64,000 nt of DNA, taken from positions 68,820,001 to 68,884,000 of the forward strand of contig OX638149.1 in NCBI GenBank assembly GCA_951804945.1. Direction: 5' to 3'. A program made the translations under genes and the position numbers. This document shows positions 1 to 43,898 of the stretch, in pieces. The notes under the pieces are model-generated. The model saw nothing but the letters and a program-made list of their open reading frames with translations, made no database searches and had not been told where the DNA came from. The number at the start of each line of letters is the position of its first letter. Position 1 is the first letter of the stretch. The stretch comes from Podarcis cretensis. Lineage: Eukaryota.

Positions 1-2557
1 TTTGCAACAACCAAACAAAATAATAATCTAGCATTTGGGGTCATGTGACACTTTACAGATGAGCATAATTTATTATGAGGGGCTTCCGTCCTTTCTGGAG
101 TTAGAAAGAGCTAAATATTTGTTTGCTTCAATAGTTTCTTGCATTTTTGAGTTAAGAAGAGCTCTGCTGAATCAGACCAAAGGCCCATCCAGTTGAGCAT
201 TCTGTTCACAGTGGCCAACCAGATGTCTGTGGAAGCCCACAAGCAAGTCTTGTCCCCTCACATCAGCAGCCTAGATCTTGGTTTGTAATTGTATAACTGA
301 GAAACATTGAAGTTGTGTAAGAAAGTCTGGTTAGAGCAGTTACAGTGGCTCCTGCTTATTCTGCACAGGCAGTTTCTTAACCTGAGTTATCTTGACTGTT
401 GCCTTTCTCTCCTATATCTCTAAACAGGGTGGCTTTTATTAAATATCTTTAAATATCCAAGCAAACCATATGATCCCAAATGAAGCTCTTTGATAGTTTG
501 TGTTGCTTTGAATGACTACAAAATCAGACATGAAAGATGTGTGATAGAATAAACCTTTTCCCTTGTTTTGTTAGTTTATTGAAATCTGACAAGCTGGCAG
601 GACTAGAAATAGCTTCACAGATGGCATTTGGCAATATACCAAGCATCTCTTCTCTTATGCGTTCCTTACACTGTCCATCAACTCTGTTAGCCAATGGCTG
701 CTCAGAGATGAGGAAATGGTAAGCATGAATTCAGCTTACAGGAGGCTGTGAGGTCAGACGTCAGTACTGCACTGTGCACGGCTGAGTCAGTGGCTGTGAG
801 AAAATGAATTGAATTAATATCTAGGGGGCTTGCGTCTCTGAGCACTTAATGAACTGAATAGCTGTAACAGGATTGTTACCCTTGAGGGTGAGACGAAAAG
901 AGGATGCTAGAAAGTAAGGCAGGCTAATGGTGCAGAGGAGTACTGAGAGGAGGATGGAAATAGCAAATATGCTGAACTTAGCAAGTAATGCCAGAGGATG
1001 CTGAGCTGGCTTCCAAATCTACTGCCTGGAAGGGAGCGGATTTCCTTTGTACTTTGGTCTCGATATTTTCCCCATGTTTTTGTGTTTCTTCCTTGTTCTA
1101 CGCCAAAAGCAGGTGCGTAACCATTAATAATCTGAACAGCATTTAGCAGGAGCTGGAATGCAAAGGAGACTAACTGTCCTTTGTGTAGTCTGATCTCTTT
1201 AAATGTCTGATATGACAAAGAGCAGATGTGTGTGTGCATGATCTTTTGTCTCAAGGAAAGACTGTAATATAAACAGAAATGTTATTGTTGGGTGTCAAGA
1301 TGCATTTATTTAGCTTAATTTAAGAGGAGTTGGAAGTTTGTAGATCCACTCAAATACAGTTTCTTAGAAGGGGCTATTTTTAAGTTTGGTTGACTAGCTT
1401 TTTTAGTGCAAGACAGAATATTCTTTTATTGTTGTTTGAAAGATTCATAGACAAAAGTTTTTGTAGGTGTAATATTTATTTGAAATGTACTCTATCACTT
1501 AATCAGGAAGATAAAAAGATTTGGTTAGTAAGTCTCTGAAAGTGTTGGCATTTTTTTTTTAAAAAAAGGTACTCTAAAATCTGAGTTTTCTCATTGTTAG
1601 TCCCTACACACTTCTTTAAACTATGAATATTGAACATGCTTCTTAAATCTGTAGTTTTAACATGTTGCTTTACAGCTCCTAGAGTTGTACTGTATATACT
1701 ATAAATGCTTATGGCTGATAAAATAGTTGCTTTCATTTTAGTTGACTTGAATATTTTTTTGTATTTGCATCATTTATTGCATCATTTTATTTTTATTGCA
1801 TTTTTAGTGCATTATTTTTGTAGTGTAGAGCATGATATGAAGTTGTTTAAAATATGAGAAAATTGATGGTTTTATACACAAAATAGCTGATAGAAATTAA
1901 TGGGTTGTTTTTCTTAAGACTAGTTTGGATTAGTTCAAAACTAATACTGTACCATATAGAGGCTTCTTAAGGTTACATGTATGGCATGTGCTCTGTGCAC
2001 ATCAATATGTTTGTGTGAAGTGACTTGCAACAAACAGTTGCTTTATGTGGTTTGCTGTTGTAGGAAGACAAATAGTGTGGAGTCATCCATTCATGTTGCA
2101 AGCTACTACATGGGAATGGCTGGGTGATTCTGTGTGATAATGTTTTGAGTTTACAAACGAGGGATTATGCCCCCTTCAAATTACCAGGTTTGGGCAGCAG
2201 TCTGTATTCTAGGTGCACATGTGTTAAAGTACTATGGCTAACTTTTTTTTGGCCTGAGGGCCACATTCATTCTTAATCAACATCTGATTGCTGCATGCCA
2301 ATGGTGGAGGTGCCCCCACCCCATTCATATATCAACAGACACACAGCCCAAATGATCAGTCTGATGACTGGGAAGTGGGTGATTTGCATCTCCAGTAGGA
2401 AACTGGAAGCTCTTCCCCGGGTTGTGCCTATCCCAATTCCATTTTTTCTTTTGGCTACGGGCACTAAAATGGGTGGGGTTGTAGAAAGGGCAGAAAAACT
2501 GCTTGGGGGACTGAGTCACGCCCCCCTAACTGGGGGGTTAGCCCCCCCTACACTACA

Positions 2558-2938
2558 GTAAAAGGTAAAGGACCCCTGGATGGTTAAGTCCAGTCAAAGG
2601 CGACTATGGGGTTGTGGCGCTCATCTCGCTTTCAGGTTGAGGAAGCCGGCGTTTGTCCACAGATAGCTTTCTGGGTCATGTGGCCAACATGACTAAACCG
2701 TTTCTGGCACAACAAAACACCGTGACGGAAACCAGAGTGCACGGAAATACTGTTTACCTTCCCACCACAGTGGTACCTAATTATCTTCTTCCACTGGTGT
2801 GCTTTCGAACTGCTAGGTATGCAGGAGCTGGGACAGAGCAGTGGGAGCTCACCCTATTGTGTGGATTCAAACCGCCAACCTTCTGATTGGCAAGCCCAAG
2901 AGGCTGAGCGTTTTAGACCACAGCGCCACCCACATCCC
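2558..2938 (-). mobile_element. Sauria SINE
   Basis: Reverse complement has the tRNA-like head (GGTGGCGCTGTGGTCTAAA...CTTGGGCTTGCCAATCAGAAGGTTGGCGGTTTGAATCC) and an (ACCTTT)n tail; similar to the copy at 14635. Confidence 0.85.
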
Positions 2939-5900
2939 TTACATTACATTACAGTGCATGTTTCCAAACAGCTCCTCTAAGTAACTTGTAATTTGACTGA
3001 TATTTAGCAAAGACTAAAATATGTCATGTAATTTTTTTTAAAGAATATTTTAATTTCTGTTTTTTCATAATACAAGCAAACAGTAGCAAATAAGAATATC
3101 CCAAATGGAGGTATACAAAATCTCAAATACAAGTTATTCTGTTGATATAGCAGTTTTCGTTGGTTGAGTAATGAGTTGTCAGTGGTCTTGGAGTTGAGTG
3201 TGTGTTCACAAATGATAGGAAGTTGAACCATGTGTCAGCAAAGTCACTTTTTTTGGTCCTCCATCGTAAGTTTTTCTGCTTGTGCAGTTTACCAGACATT
3301 GCAATGCCAATAGCTAAGAGTTGAGCCAACTCCATTTTCCAGTGTCTACCTATTATTAATTTAAGTGTATAAATAAATACATCATTTTTCCAATAGCCAA
3401 AGGAAGTTGAACTGAAATATTTGATGTGGGGGTAAATAATCAATTAAGTGCACTTACTGAGTTTAAATATTAACATTCAACAAGTTCCAATGTTTCACCT
3501 GGAAATTTATTTTTATTAAAATGTTTTAAAACATTTGATTTCATTCTGAGTCATGGCAGTTGAATAACGTACTCAGAGGTTTTTTAGATTTTAAGAAAAC
3601 AAATGAAGGCACAGAGACCTGTTAATACACTAATCAGCAACAGGAGCACAGTTTTGGTGACATGAAAGAGAGACTTTTCCATGGCTGCTCCTATATTGTG
3701 GAATTCCAAACAAAGTTTAGAATGGCTCCCTCTTTGTAATCTTTCCCATGGCAGCCTAAGACCTTCCTCTTCAGATAGGCCTTTGGAAACTAAGGTGCAG
3801 ACAGTTCTGATCACAGGGCAAATTGTATCTTAATTGTTGGTTGTAAATATGTTACAATGTATTTTATTTTTGCTTTTAACTAGTTTGCTTTTATTATTCT
3901 ATATTTTATGATTAATGTTGTAAGCTGCCTTGAACCCCAACTTGGGAGAAAGGTAGGGTATAAATATATTGAATAAATCATTTTAATATCCCCGAATAGC
4001 TTCCTAGGAGTAGTCACCTGGAAAGCTAAGTACAACTTTGATTTTAGATTTTAATGATTCCGTGTTCGTTCCAGTTTGTCCAATTTGATTTGTCACAGAT
4101 TAATTATTAGAAATTCATTGTTTCATTAAATTAAACATCTTCCATTCTGAAGTCTCAGAATGGTTCCTCCTTTGGCACACAGGGATAGCCTTCGAAGTGG
4201 CAAGTATCTGCTCATCCCCAATACTCTCTTGGTCCTTGCTGCCAACACTCAGTGCATACAAACTTCTTTCATTTCTGCTCTTCCCAGTGAAAATAACTTC
4301 TTGAAGCACTCAAGAGTAGAGTTGTTTCTTTAATTCTCCTGTACATAATTGAAGAGAATTGAAGGATATTCTCAGTTCAGCTTCACACTTCAATTTATGC
4401 TATTGTTTCGTTGTTGTTTGCCTATAATTTTTGGGGTATAAATTTCTGAAACAAACGTTTGCTGTGATTTCCATCTGGAAACATATGCCATATTCTTTGT
4501 AGAGGAAATAGAGAATATTAGCAATATAAAATGGGAGTAAAATATGTTTTAAAATTAGTTTAGATTTTCCTCCTCAAAATACACATCTCAGTAGCTTGAC
4601 AAAGAGTTTAGGGATTTTAAAATATATATTTTTTACTGTGGTTCAGAATAAAATTCCAGTAGCATGATTATTCTCTATTCTAGAGTTTCAGGCTGCCTAA
4701 GGAAGTGTATTATTGTGAGTCATCTGCAATACTTCCTGTTGCACCTGTTTACAGTAGATAATATCCAGGTTTTAATATGCATGAGGTTGGCTTGTTTTTG
4801 AAAACAGCCAAAGAGAATTGTATTCTGTGGGTTGTGTAGACTTGCTCTGGGGCAGGATGGACCTTTAGGGGACAAAACAAAAACTTAAGTCTAAATGCAG
4901 ATGCAAAATCATGACTTAGACTTTTATGAAATTTTACTTCCTTTAGCTAACGTATGTGTCGTGTCACGTCGTGTTTCCTGCTTTCTTATTTCCCATTCTA
5001 GAGTTGGAGATCTCTATCTTTCACTAATGTTCACTCTTTGTCTTAAGCTGCTTATAGATTTGGAAAATGACTTTCAGAAAAGCAGCTTAGCATGCAGTGA
5101 AGGGATGGACAGTAATAATAAATACAGCACAGAGTAGTGCCAGCTTTTTTCTCCATCAGTAAACTACTTCGGGCACACACTTGAATGATCTAGGTAACTG
5201 CACTTTCGGTCCCCTCCCTCATATCTTGCAGAAGTTTTGAGAGGTTTGTCAATATGCGTAGGAGGGTGTTTCTCCCTCCTGCCTTTTCAACTGGGCGTAG
5301 GGTGCATTCATCCTGTGGTGGTTTTGTGTGGGCCGTCTGTCACTCTGAGGCCTGCTTCACACTTTATGGAACAGGAGGGTTCTTGTATTTCTCCAGCTTG
5401 CTGATGTGTCTTCTTATTGGCAATCGTAAAGGGAGCGGTGAGGATGCCGTCATATGGACGCCATGGTTTCTTTTGTTTCCTCCAGTGTGCAAACATATAA
5501 AACATTCCAGAAATAACCTAGTTGAAATATTGTGGCAATGTGGGAGCTTGTCTTTCCTGTAATATGAAAAGTGTCCCTTTGATGCCATGCATTAGTTACA
5601 TTCTGCTGAAGTCAAGAAGGGGTTTTCTCCCACCTAAGATCTTGAGGGTGTGTGTCCCTTCCCTTTTTGGCATAAAGGACCATCACAGTTAGAGAGAGGG
5701 TTTGCGATGTGTTAGTCATAACATGCAACTAATAAATATATAGGCTTTGCTTCATGCTTGAGATCTGAGATGATAAGAAATTTCTCCTTCATCAGGTTAG
5801 CTAATTCCTCTTAGTCTTTGGGTTGGCTTCTTAGGTCTTTTGGATATGTTGGGGTAGTATACCACCTTAGCGGGTAATCTGCTCGTTGTCTAGTTTCCGT

Positions 5901-7703
5901 CAGCCAGTGTGTGGAGGATCTAGTCTTAGAGGCTGGACTTTCTGACACTGCAGTTCCTCCTTGATAGATGAAGACATAATTCTGTGGAACGCAAATACTT
6001 TTTGCTTGTCACATTTAATCTTAGACCTGTTTCATCCATGCAGCAATCCATGTGAGGCAAAGGAGGCTATTTGTGTGAGTGGCTTACATTGAAGTTCAGG
6101 CACATTTTAACCACATCATTATTTCCTCCACACACACCTCTCCCTCCACCCAGTCATTTTTAATTGGGGTGGAATCCCCCATCATATCAGGCCTCTTCTG
6201 TGATCCAGTGCGATGGGACAGAATGTACATGAACTTCACCCACCAGTTTTCAGTCCTCTTCTGCCTGTACCAGGACCTTGCTCCCAGAACTACACAGGTT
6301 TTGAGGCAATATAATGGGACAGTTGAAACGGTCAGTTAGCCACCTGTTGCTCATCTGTTGATAATTTGTATATAAAAACCAGGACCATTTATATTGCCCT
6401 TTTATCCTACTTGTGGATTTTTGTAGGCATCTAGTTGACAGCATGGGACTGTTGGATTGAAGAGGCCTTTGGTCTGCTTGGCTCTTTTTGTGATCTTATT
6501 GGGGGGAGGTGATGATAAATCAAGGCAATTATATCTATTTAAAATGGCAACAAAAAGCTGATCTAAATAGTTGATTTAAAACAGGTTTCACATTTCTTAA
6601 GAGAGAGAAAGAGTGGTGCAAATCTGACCACTAAATTGTGTTATATTACAAATAAGATTATGTACCGTGTTTCATTCTTACAAGCAGACTTTGCACCAGG
6701 ACAGTTTCTGTCCTGCTGTTTTGAACAAGCTTTACTACATTTGCCTACAGCTCTATTGTTCATCCAATTTAATATGCATTCTATTAAAAAGCAATTCCGC
6801 GTTAGAAGTAGACTGGATTGGTGATTTTTAAATTTGACTGCTCAGATTTTAGAGGAGAAGCTAGGGTCAATCAGAGTGTATGATGTCAAATCACTGTTAA
6901 TTTTCTTTAAAGGTAAGACACCACTTCTGCAGAAAGGAAGGAGCTATATTAGCTGTGTGAATTATGTACAAGTTAGTGGTACCTGCCTTGAAGCTTTCGG
7001 AAATGGTCTAAGGCTCCAAGCATGCAAATAAGCAGGGAGAGATTGTTTGATCTGCTGCTGATGTCACAATTGCTTCAAGGGAGAATGGAGCCAAGGGCTG
7101 TGGCACAAGGATGTGTCTTGGGAGTGACATAGACTTCCTTCCCCACTTGCATGTAGAAGAGGTTGTGGAACTAGAGTGCAGATGTGGCATTTCTCTGGTT
7201 CCCCTTGTAATTAATTTTTCAGCTGACCTTTAAAACTTATTAATTGTACTAATTATAAATATTAGTGTTGTGGTATCCTTTCTGTCAAACTATTTCAAAA
7301 AGTTTGAGGGTTTTTAAAAATAGGAATAATTCAAATAATATTTATCTCAATTTTGTTTTACTTCTGTGTCAGTATCTTAAATTTTGTTTCAAAGGCGTTT
7401 TACATATTCTTAGTATATTGCATGTTGTGAATATACTTTTCAGTGTGCTCCAATGAATGGTCCATAGGATCTTCTATAGACAGGGTATTGCAAGCTGTAA
7501 TAAAGAGGTGAGCAACATAATGATTCTGCCAGGATGGACTTAAACTTTCCCACAAGCAATGTGCCTCTTTCTAAATTTTTCAGAAATAGAACTTGATGTT
7601 AGGATGCCACTGAGGTTAGGAAATAATTTCAGCTAACGAAAGATTGGAAATAGACCTGTTAATTATTGATATTCCAGTGTATAGATTGCTTTGTAAATCT
7701 TAA

Positions 7704-17092
<9,389 letters not shown>

Positions 17093-17914
17093 TCTGAACT
17101 CTTGGTTAAACAAAAGCATGCTATTATAAAAATGAAGATGCTGTAATGAGCTCATACTGCACTACAATTCCAGCTTCTCTCCATTGTGTAATGAACATAA
17201 AATGTTTTAGGATATTGCAGTATGGACTTACAAAAGACCAAAGTGGGATCTGATTATGGTTTGTGGGAGTACATGTGTAACAACATCCTGAGGTTCAGTT
17301 ACATACCTGCATATGTTTACCAGTAGGTTTTGTGGTATTGGTTATTTGTATGGTGGACTGTCCTCATCCTAAGGCTCTCTGTCACAGCAGGATTTGGAAG
17401 TTACAGTTTATTCAGTATTTTGGTACACGAGTGGGCAAAATGCAGACTTAAAATTGATAGTGGCACTTTATTAATGGTGGACAAAAAGAATTCTCAAAGC
17501 CATTTTTATAGTCATGATGCACAATGTTGAGTCTAACAGTGTGCTTCTTTCAGAGACTTTCTATTCAGCTAAATGTAAATAGTTTGTTCTGAATGGAGGT
17601 GATGAGCCTACTTTGTTCTCTTATGGACGAGCACAAAATTAATTCTTGCCACTGGGGCTTTTGGATTGTGAGGTTGAGATCCAACAGCCTTCTTTTTCAG
17701 ATTTATTCAGTGAAGGGTTTTTTCATGTTTGATGTGAGCTATGTTCAAGAGTCAGGAACATACGATACGGGCTTTATCTTAAAATTCTGCCTTACCTTAA
17801 ATCTGTTCACAGAAATATTTATTTACTGAGTTTTTTCATAAGTGTCATGGAATAGGAAAATGCAAGTTGTTCACTCTTCATTTATTAACTGATTGTAAAT
17901 GAGTTTTTCATTCA

Positions 17915-17920
17915 AATAAA
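17915..17920 (+). terminator. Candidate BTBD10 polyadenylation signal AATAAA (second copy at 18032-18037)
   Basis: AATAAA about 820 nt after the stop codon, in AT-rich 3'UTR-like sequence. Confidence 0.6.
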
Positions 17921-18857
17921 AATTTCCATTATTTTAATATTAGCTGTGACAGTAATTTATTACGTATTTTTGTAAAACTAGTAACAGAATTTAGTGCCAA
18001 AATCAATGCCCTTTCCCCCTCTCTTTTTAAAAATAAAATGCCCTGACAATCCACATCTGACAAAAGACTGGTCTTTTTTAGGGGAAAGCATTTAATGGTA
18101 TGGAAGGGACCTATATCCTAGGTCCCAGTTGCAGTCATAGTATATGAGGACACAAAGACGCTGTTGTAAGGCAACTTCCTATATTTCTAAAAGTATAAGA
18201 TTATATATGCAGCTCTGTAAAATCAAAAAAGACCAGTACAACAAATGGTATGTGGAAGTTATTCATTGTAATGAGGGTAGACTGGATGGGATGTGCATCT
18301 TTGTATTGGAAGGTGTTGCAGTAAAGTGCAGGAGGACAATTAGATTATGATCATGAGATGAAAATCCTCAAGAGTCAAGAATAAGTAGAAGCCAACAAGG
18401 CAAGTGCAGTGACCTGGTGGTTAGCAGCACCTAACACTGTAGTTCCTCCCCTGTATGAAGGTTTTTGCATGTCGCTTTTAGGCAAAACTTCATCTCATAA
18501 GCCTGTATTTCTTCAGTCAAACCTTAACCACCTGCTTTTGTCCCCAGAGTATCTCCTATGCGCCACATCTTTTCCCATGCTTCAGAAGCTAGGCTGAAAC
18601 TTGGAGGTGTTTGACTGAAGAAATACGTTGTAGGAAGTCCTGGTTGTGTGTGATTTTAAAAATTGCAGACCCACATTGATGCCAGGCAATTCAAAGGATT
18701 CCCGTAAGCATACTTGTTCAGGTAAGGTCATCACTTGCTCAGGGGGCCCCTTGCTTCGGAAATACATTTGTTGTTCCTTTCGCCGTTGTCATTATGCACT
18801 TCAACCAGAAGTGCTTTTTCAATCCAAGTAAATGTAATTTAGAACAAGGGAAAACAT

Positions 18858-18863
18858 TTTATT
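18858..18863 (-). terminator. Candidate BMAL1 polyadenylation signal AATAAA
   Basis: tttatt on the + strand, about 500 nt after the BMAL1 stop codon. Confidence 0.65.
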
Positions 18864-19358
18864 TTAAAAATATTTAACTGTCTAATACATTACACTTCAA
18901 CAATATTTATAGTAAAGGATCTTACAAGAAACAGTTTTGATACATTAGTATAAGAAATATCCATTATCCACATGGGGGACCATTTTTGTAGTGTAAAAAC
19001 ACACCATACAGCTGAAATGACCATTTGCATATAAAAGCTACCAGTGATGCCAGTGCTTAGTTCGCACAGTGATCTTTTCCTTTTTTTAAAAAAATGTCAA
19101 CACAAAAACAGAATCCAAAATATACAGTTAACGCAAGCTATACACAGCTAACCAAATCAAAGACGTAGGAGGAACACTGTAGCAGGTTGATCTCCACTTG
19201 GTGGTCTGAAATTACACATGGGAGAAGGATGACTGTTCTCTTGATATGGCTTTTTATGAAAGTAAAACATCAAAGCAATTCAACAAGCTTCACAGATTGG
19301 AGAACTCCACCAATAATGCACTTTGATATATCCATATTTTAAAGCTATTGGGTAGCAT

Positions 19359-41238
<21,880 letters not shown>

Positions 41239-42335
41239 TGGATTGTCTAGAATTACCACAAAAAGAAGAAGAAAAGAAGCACAGGAAATTGGTTTACCGA
41301 ATGGCTACACCACAAGAATAGTTAATGGGTTCATATAGCCCCTGCTATCCCTAAGAGTTAACTTCATTACAATAATTTCTCACCTCAGCCCACAACAATT
41401 CTATTAAGTATAATAAGAAATCATTTCCCCTGTTCTACTGGAAGGAATAGATAAGAAATGCCATTCAGTATCAGAAATAATGTCTATCCCGGTGTTCCCA
41501 AAAAGCTCACAAGAGCGGTAAGATGGAGACAGCCATTTTGTTTGTTCCCATGAGGTGGCAGTCAAAAGTACATGGGGTTCCGAACCTGGATGTTCCATGA
41601 AGACTAATCACCATAATCCTTTGAGAATTTTTACAGACTGTTTTTAAAGTCATCATGCCAAGATCATCTAAGTACTCTACTGCTGAACAGAGTGGTTATG
41701 CCCAGGTCCACGTCTAACACTCTTGCCACTGGGACCATGGCTGAAGCTTACAATTTCAATTCGAGTAAAGAGAAAGGTGACTCTGGTAATGGTTTTGCTA
41801 TGCTTTTTTTAGTCTTCAAAGTGCTACAGTACTCTTTGTTAAACTAAAGCTGTAGCCAAGAAGATTGCTCTGAAAAACTAATTGTCATGTAATTTCCTGG
41901 TGACTTCTGAATGTATACCAGCTGACGTTGCATCATGTGCTCATATTCATAAAACACACCATGGATATCAAGTTCTTGAAATATTATATGAAGCCTAGAA
42001 TTGATACATTAAAAAAAGGTAAAAAGTGATGGGACTTTATTTGACAGGATGGCAAGACATCTGTAAAATACAGGCAAATGATAAAAGAGAGTAGTAGAAA
42101 GCAAACAAATTTCTCCATGGAAAAAGAGCTGCAAAAGCTTCAAGTAACTTAAAAGGGGAAAGAGGTGGGGCAATATAATTAGTTTTCAATTATGGTTTTG
42201 TGTAATAAGCATTTTTAGAGTTCTTAAGAGTTCAGCAAACAAAGCAGTCCACTCTTATTTCCATCTTTGTGAAATATAGTAAGAGTATATAGAAACGCAA
42301 GCCAAAAGCACCGAAACCCCGATGGCTGTTCCTAC

Positions 42336-42468
42336 CTGTAGACTTGATTTCTGGAATCTTAGATTCACTCTGGAAGGATGTGCACTCCTGCTGCCAGTGC
42401 AAAGCAGCCAATCACCTTAACCCTCCTTTCATTTCCTCCAGCCTTGTTTCTCAGCAGCTTCTAAATGC
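42336..42468 (-). other. BMAL1: Probable BMAL1 5'UTR exon (133 nt) containing a 6-codon uORF
   Basis: ttttctacaacccag|GCATTT...CTACAG|gtagga, 1.1 kb upstream of the first coding exon; ATG AAA GGA GGG TTA AGG TGA at 42432-42412. Confidence 0.65.
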
Positions 42469-42629
42469 CTGGGTTGTAGAAAACAAATGTCACACTGTCA
42501 ATTTCCTTTATTACATCACCAGATATATTCTTCCGATGCTTTTTTTAAAATGTTCAAGGTGACAACTAATTAACATTGTTCAGTTCAAAGGGTCCACACC
42601 TTAATCTGCTAGGAAACATTCCACTTCTT

Positions 42630-43300
42630 TATATCAGAATCAGGTGAGAGGGTGGCAGTGGTGAATCGATGCCTCGACTCAGTAATGCCCTGCATGAAGG
42701 CTAACGTACTGAAGCTCAATCCAGACAAGAGAGAGGTGTTCATAGTTGGCCTTCAGCTGTCAACTTTGGATGGGGTTGTATTCCCAATGAAGAAGCAAGT
42801 TTGTAGTTTGGAAAAGCATTTACGTCAAGCTGATACTGTGGGTGGTCAAAATACCATCCATGAGATGTACCAGGTCTGGCACTTTCTAGGCAGATATTAG
42901 TTACATCAAATTTATCAGAGGTGTCGTAACACCCAGGCTGTAATACTGTAATGCATTACACATTACATGAGGCTGGCAAAGACAGCTCAGAAATTTCAGT
43001 TGGTTCACAGCAGGGAAGGAAATGGCCGTTCTGGACAATTAACAGCATCTAAAAAAAAATCTGCACTGCACTAATTTAAGGTGTTGAATTTAACCTTTTA
43101 ATCCCTAAATGGCTTGAGGCCCTTTTGTCCCATAGAAACCCACCCCAAATGACCCCTCCTGCAAATACCCCTTTGGCAAATACCCATACCAAGGTTGTAT
43201 GGGTGCAAAAAGGCTCTTTTGTTTATATGTGATGTCTGCCTAGAATGCTCTTCGCACAATAGGTGAGGGGAACACATATCATTTGAACACAATCAAGCCC
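42630..43300 (+). mobile_element. Degraded L2-clade LINE fragment
   Basis: MKANVLKLNPDKREV motif (ctgaagctcaatccagacaag); boundaries approximate. Confidence 0.6.
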
Positions 43301-43657
43301 ATTCTGTTCTTCAAGACTTTGCCCACCTCCCCCAACCTGCTGCCCTCCACATTTTTGAACATTTTTGAACGTTTTGAACCACGACACTCATCACCCCCAA
43401 CCACTAGTCATGCTGGCTAGAACTGATGGCAGGTGTAGCCCAGAACATCTAGAGTGCAATAGTGGTTTAAGTGTTTTTGAGAGAGCTTTCTGTTTATTAA
43501 GTATTGCTGCTGCAATAGGTGAATTTTAAGTGAGTTTTATGGATTCTGTTTTAAGCTTTATAAACTTTGCTCATTTATTGGTTTTGAAAGATGCCTGATA
43601 TTATGTTTATCATAGTTCTGTTTCTGTTTATATATTGTTTCAACAGAAAAGCATATA

Positions 43658-43898
43658 CAGTGGTACCTCAGGTTAAGTACTTAATCCGTTCTGGAGGTCT
43701 GTTCTTAACCTGAAACTGTTCTTAACCTGAAGACCACTTTAGCTAATGGGGCCTCCTGCTGCCGCCATGCTGCCGGAGCACGATTTCTGTTCTCATCCTG
43801 AAGCAAAGTTCTTAACCCAAGGTACTATTTCTGGGTTAGCGGAGTCTGTAACCTGAAGCGTATGTAACCTGAAGCGTATGTAACCCGAGGTGCCACTG
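43658..43898. mobile_element. Tc1/mariner (Tigger-like) MITE, 241 bp
   Basis: TIRs CAGTGGTACCTCAGGTTA / CAGTGGCACCTCGGGTTA; TA TSD. Confidence 0.88.

Noticed and set aside
5580-5960. Possible ancient LINE 3' remnant or conserved non-coding element
   Set aside because: Too degraded to assign by eye; needs a Dfam search.
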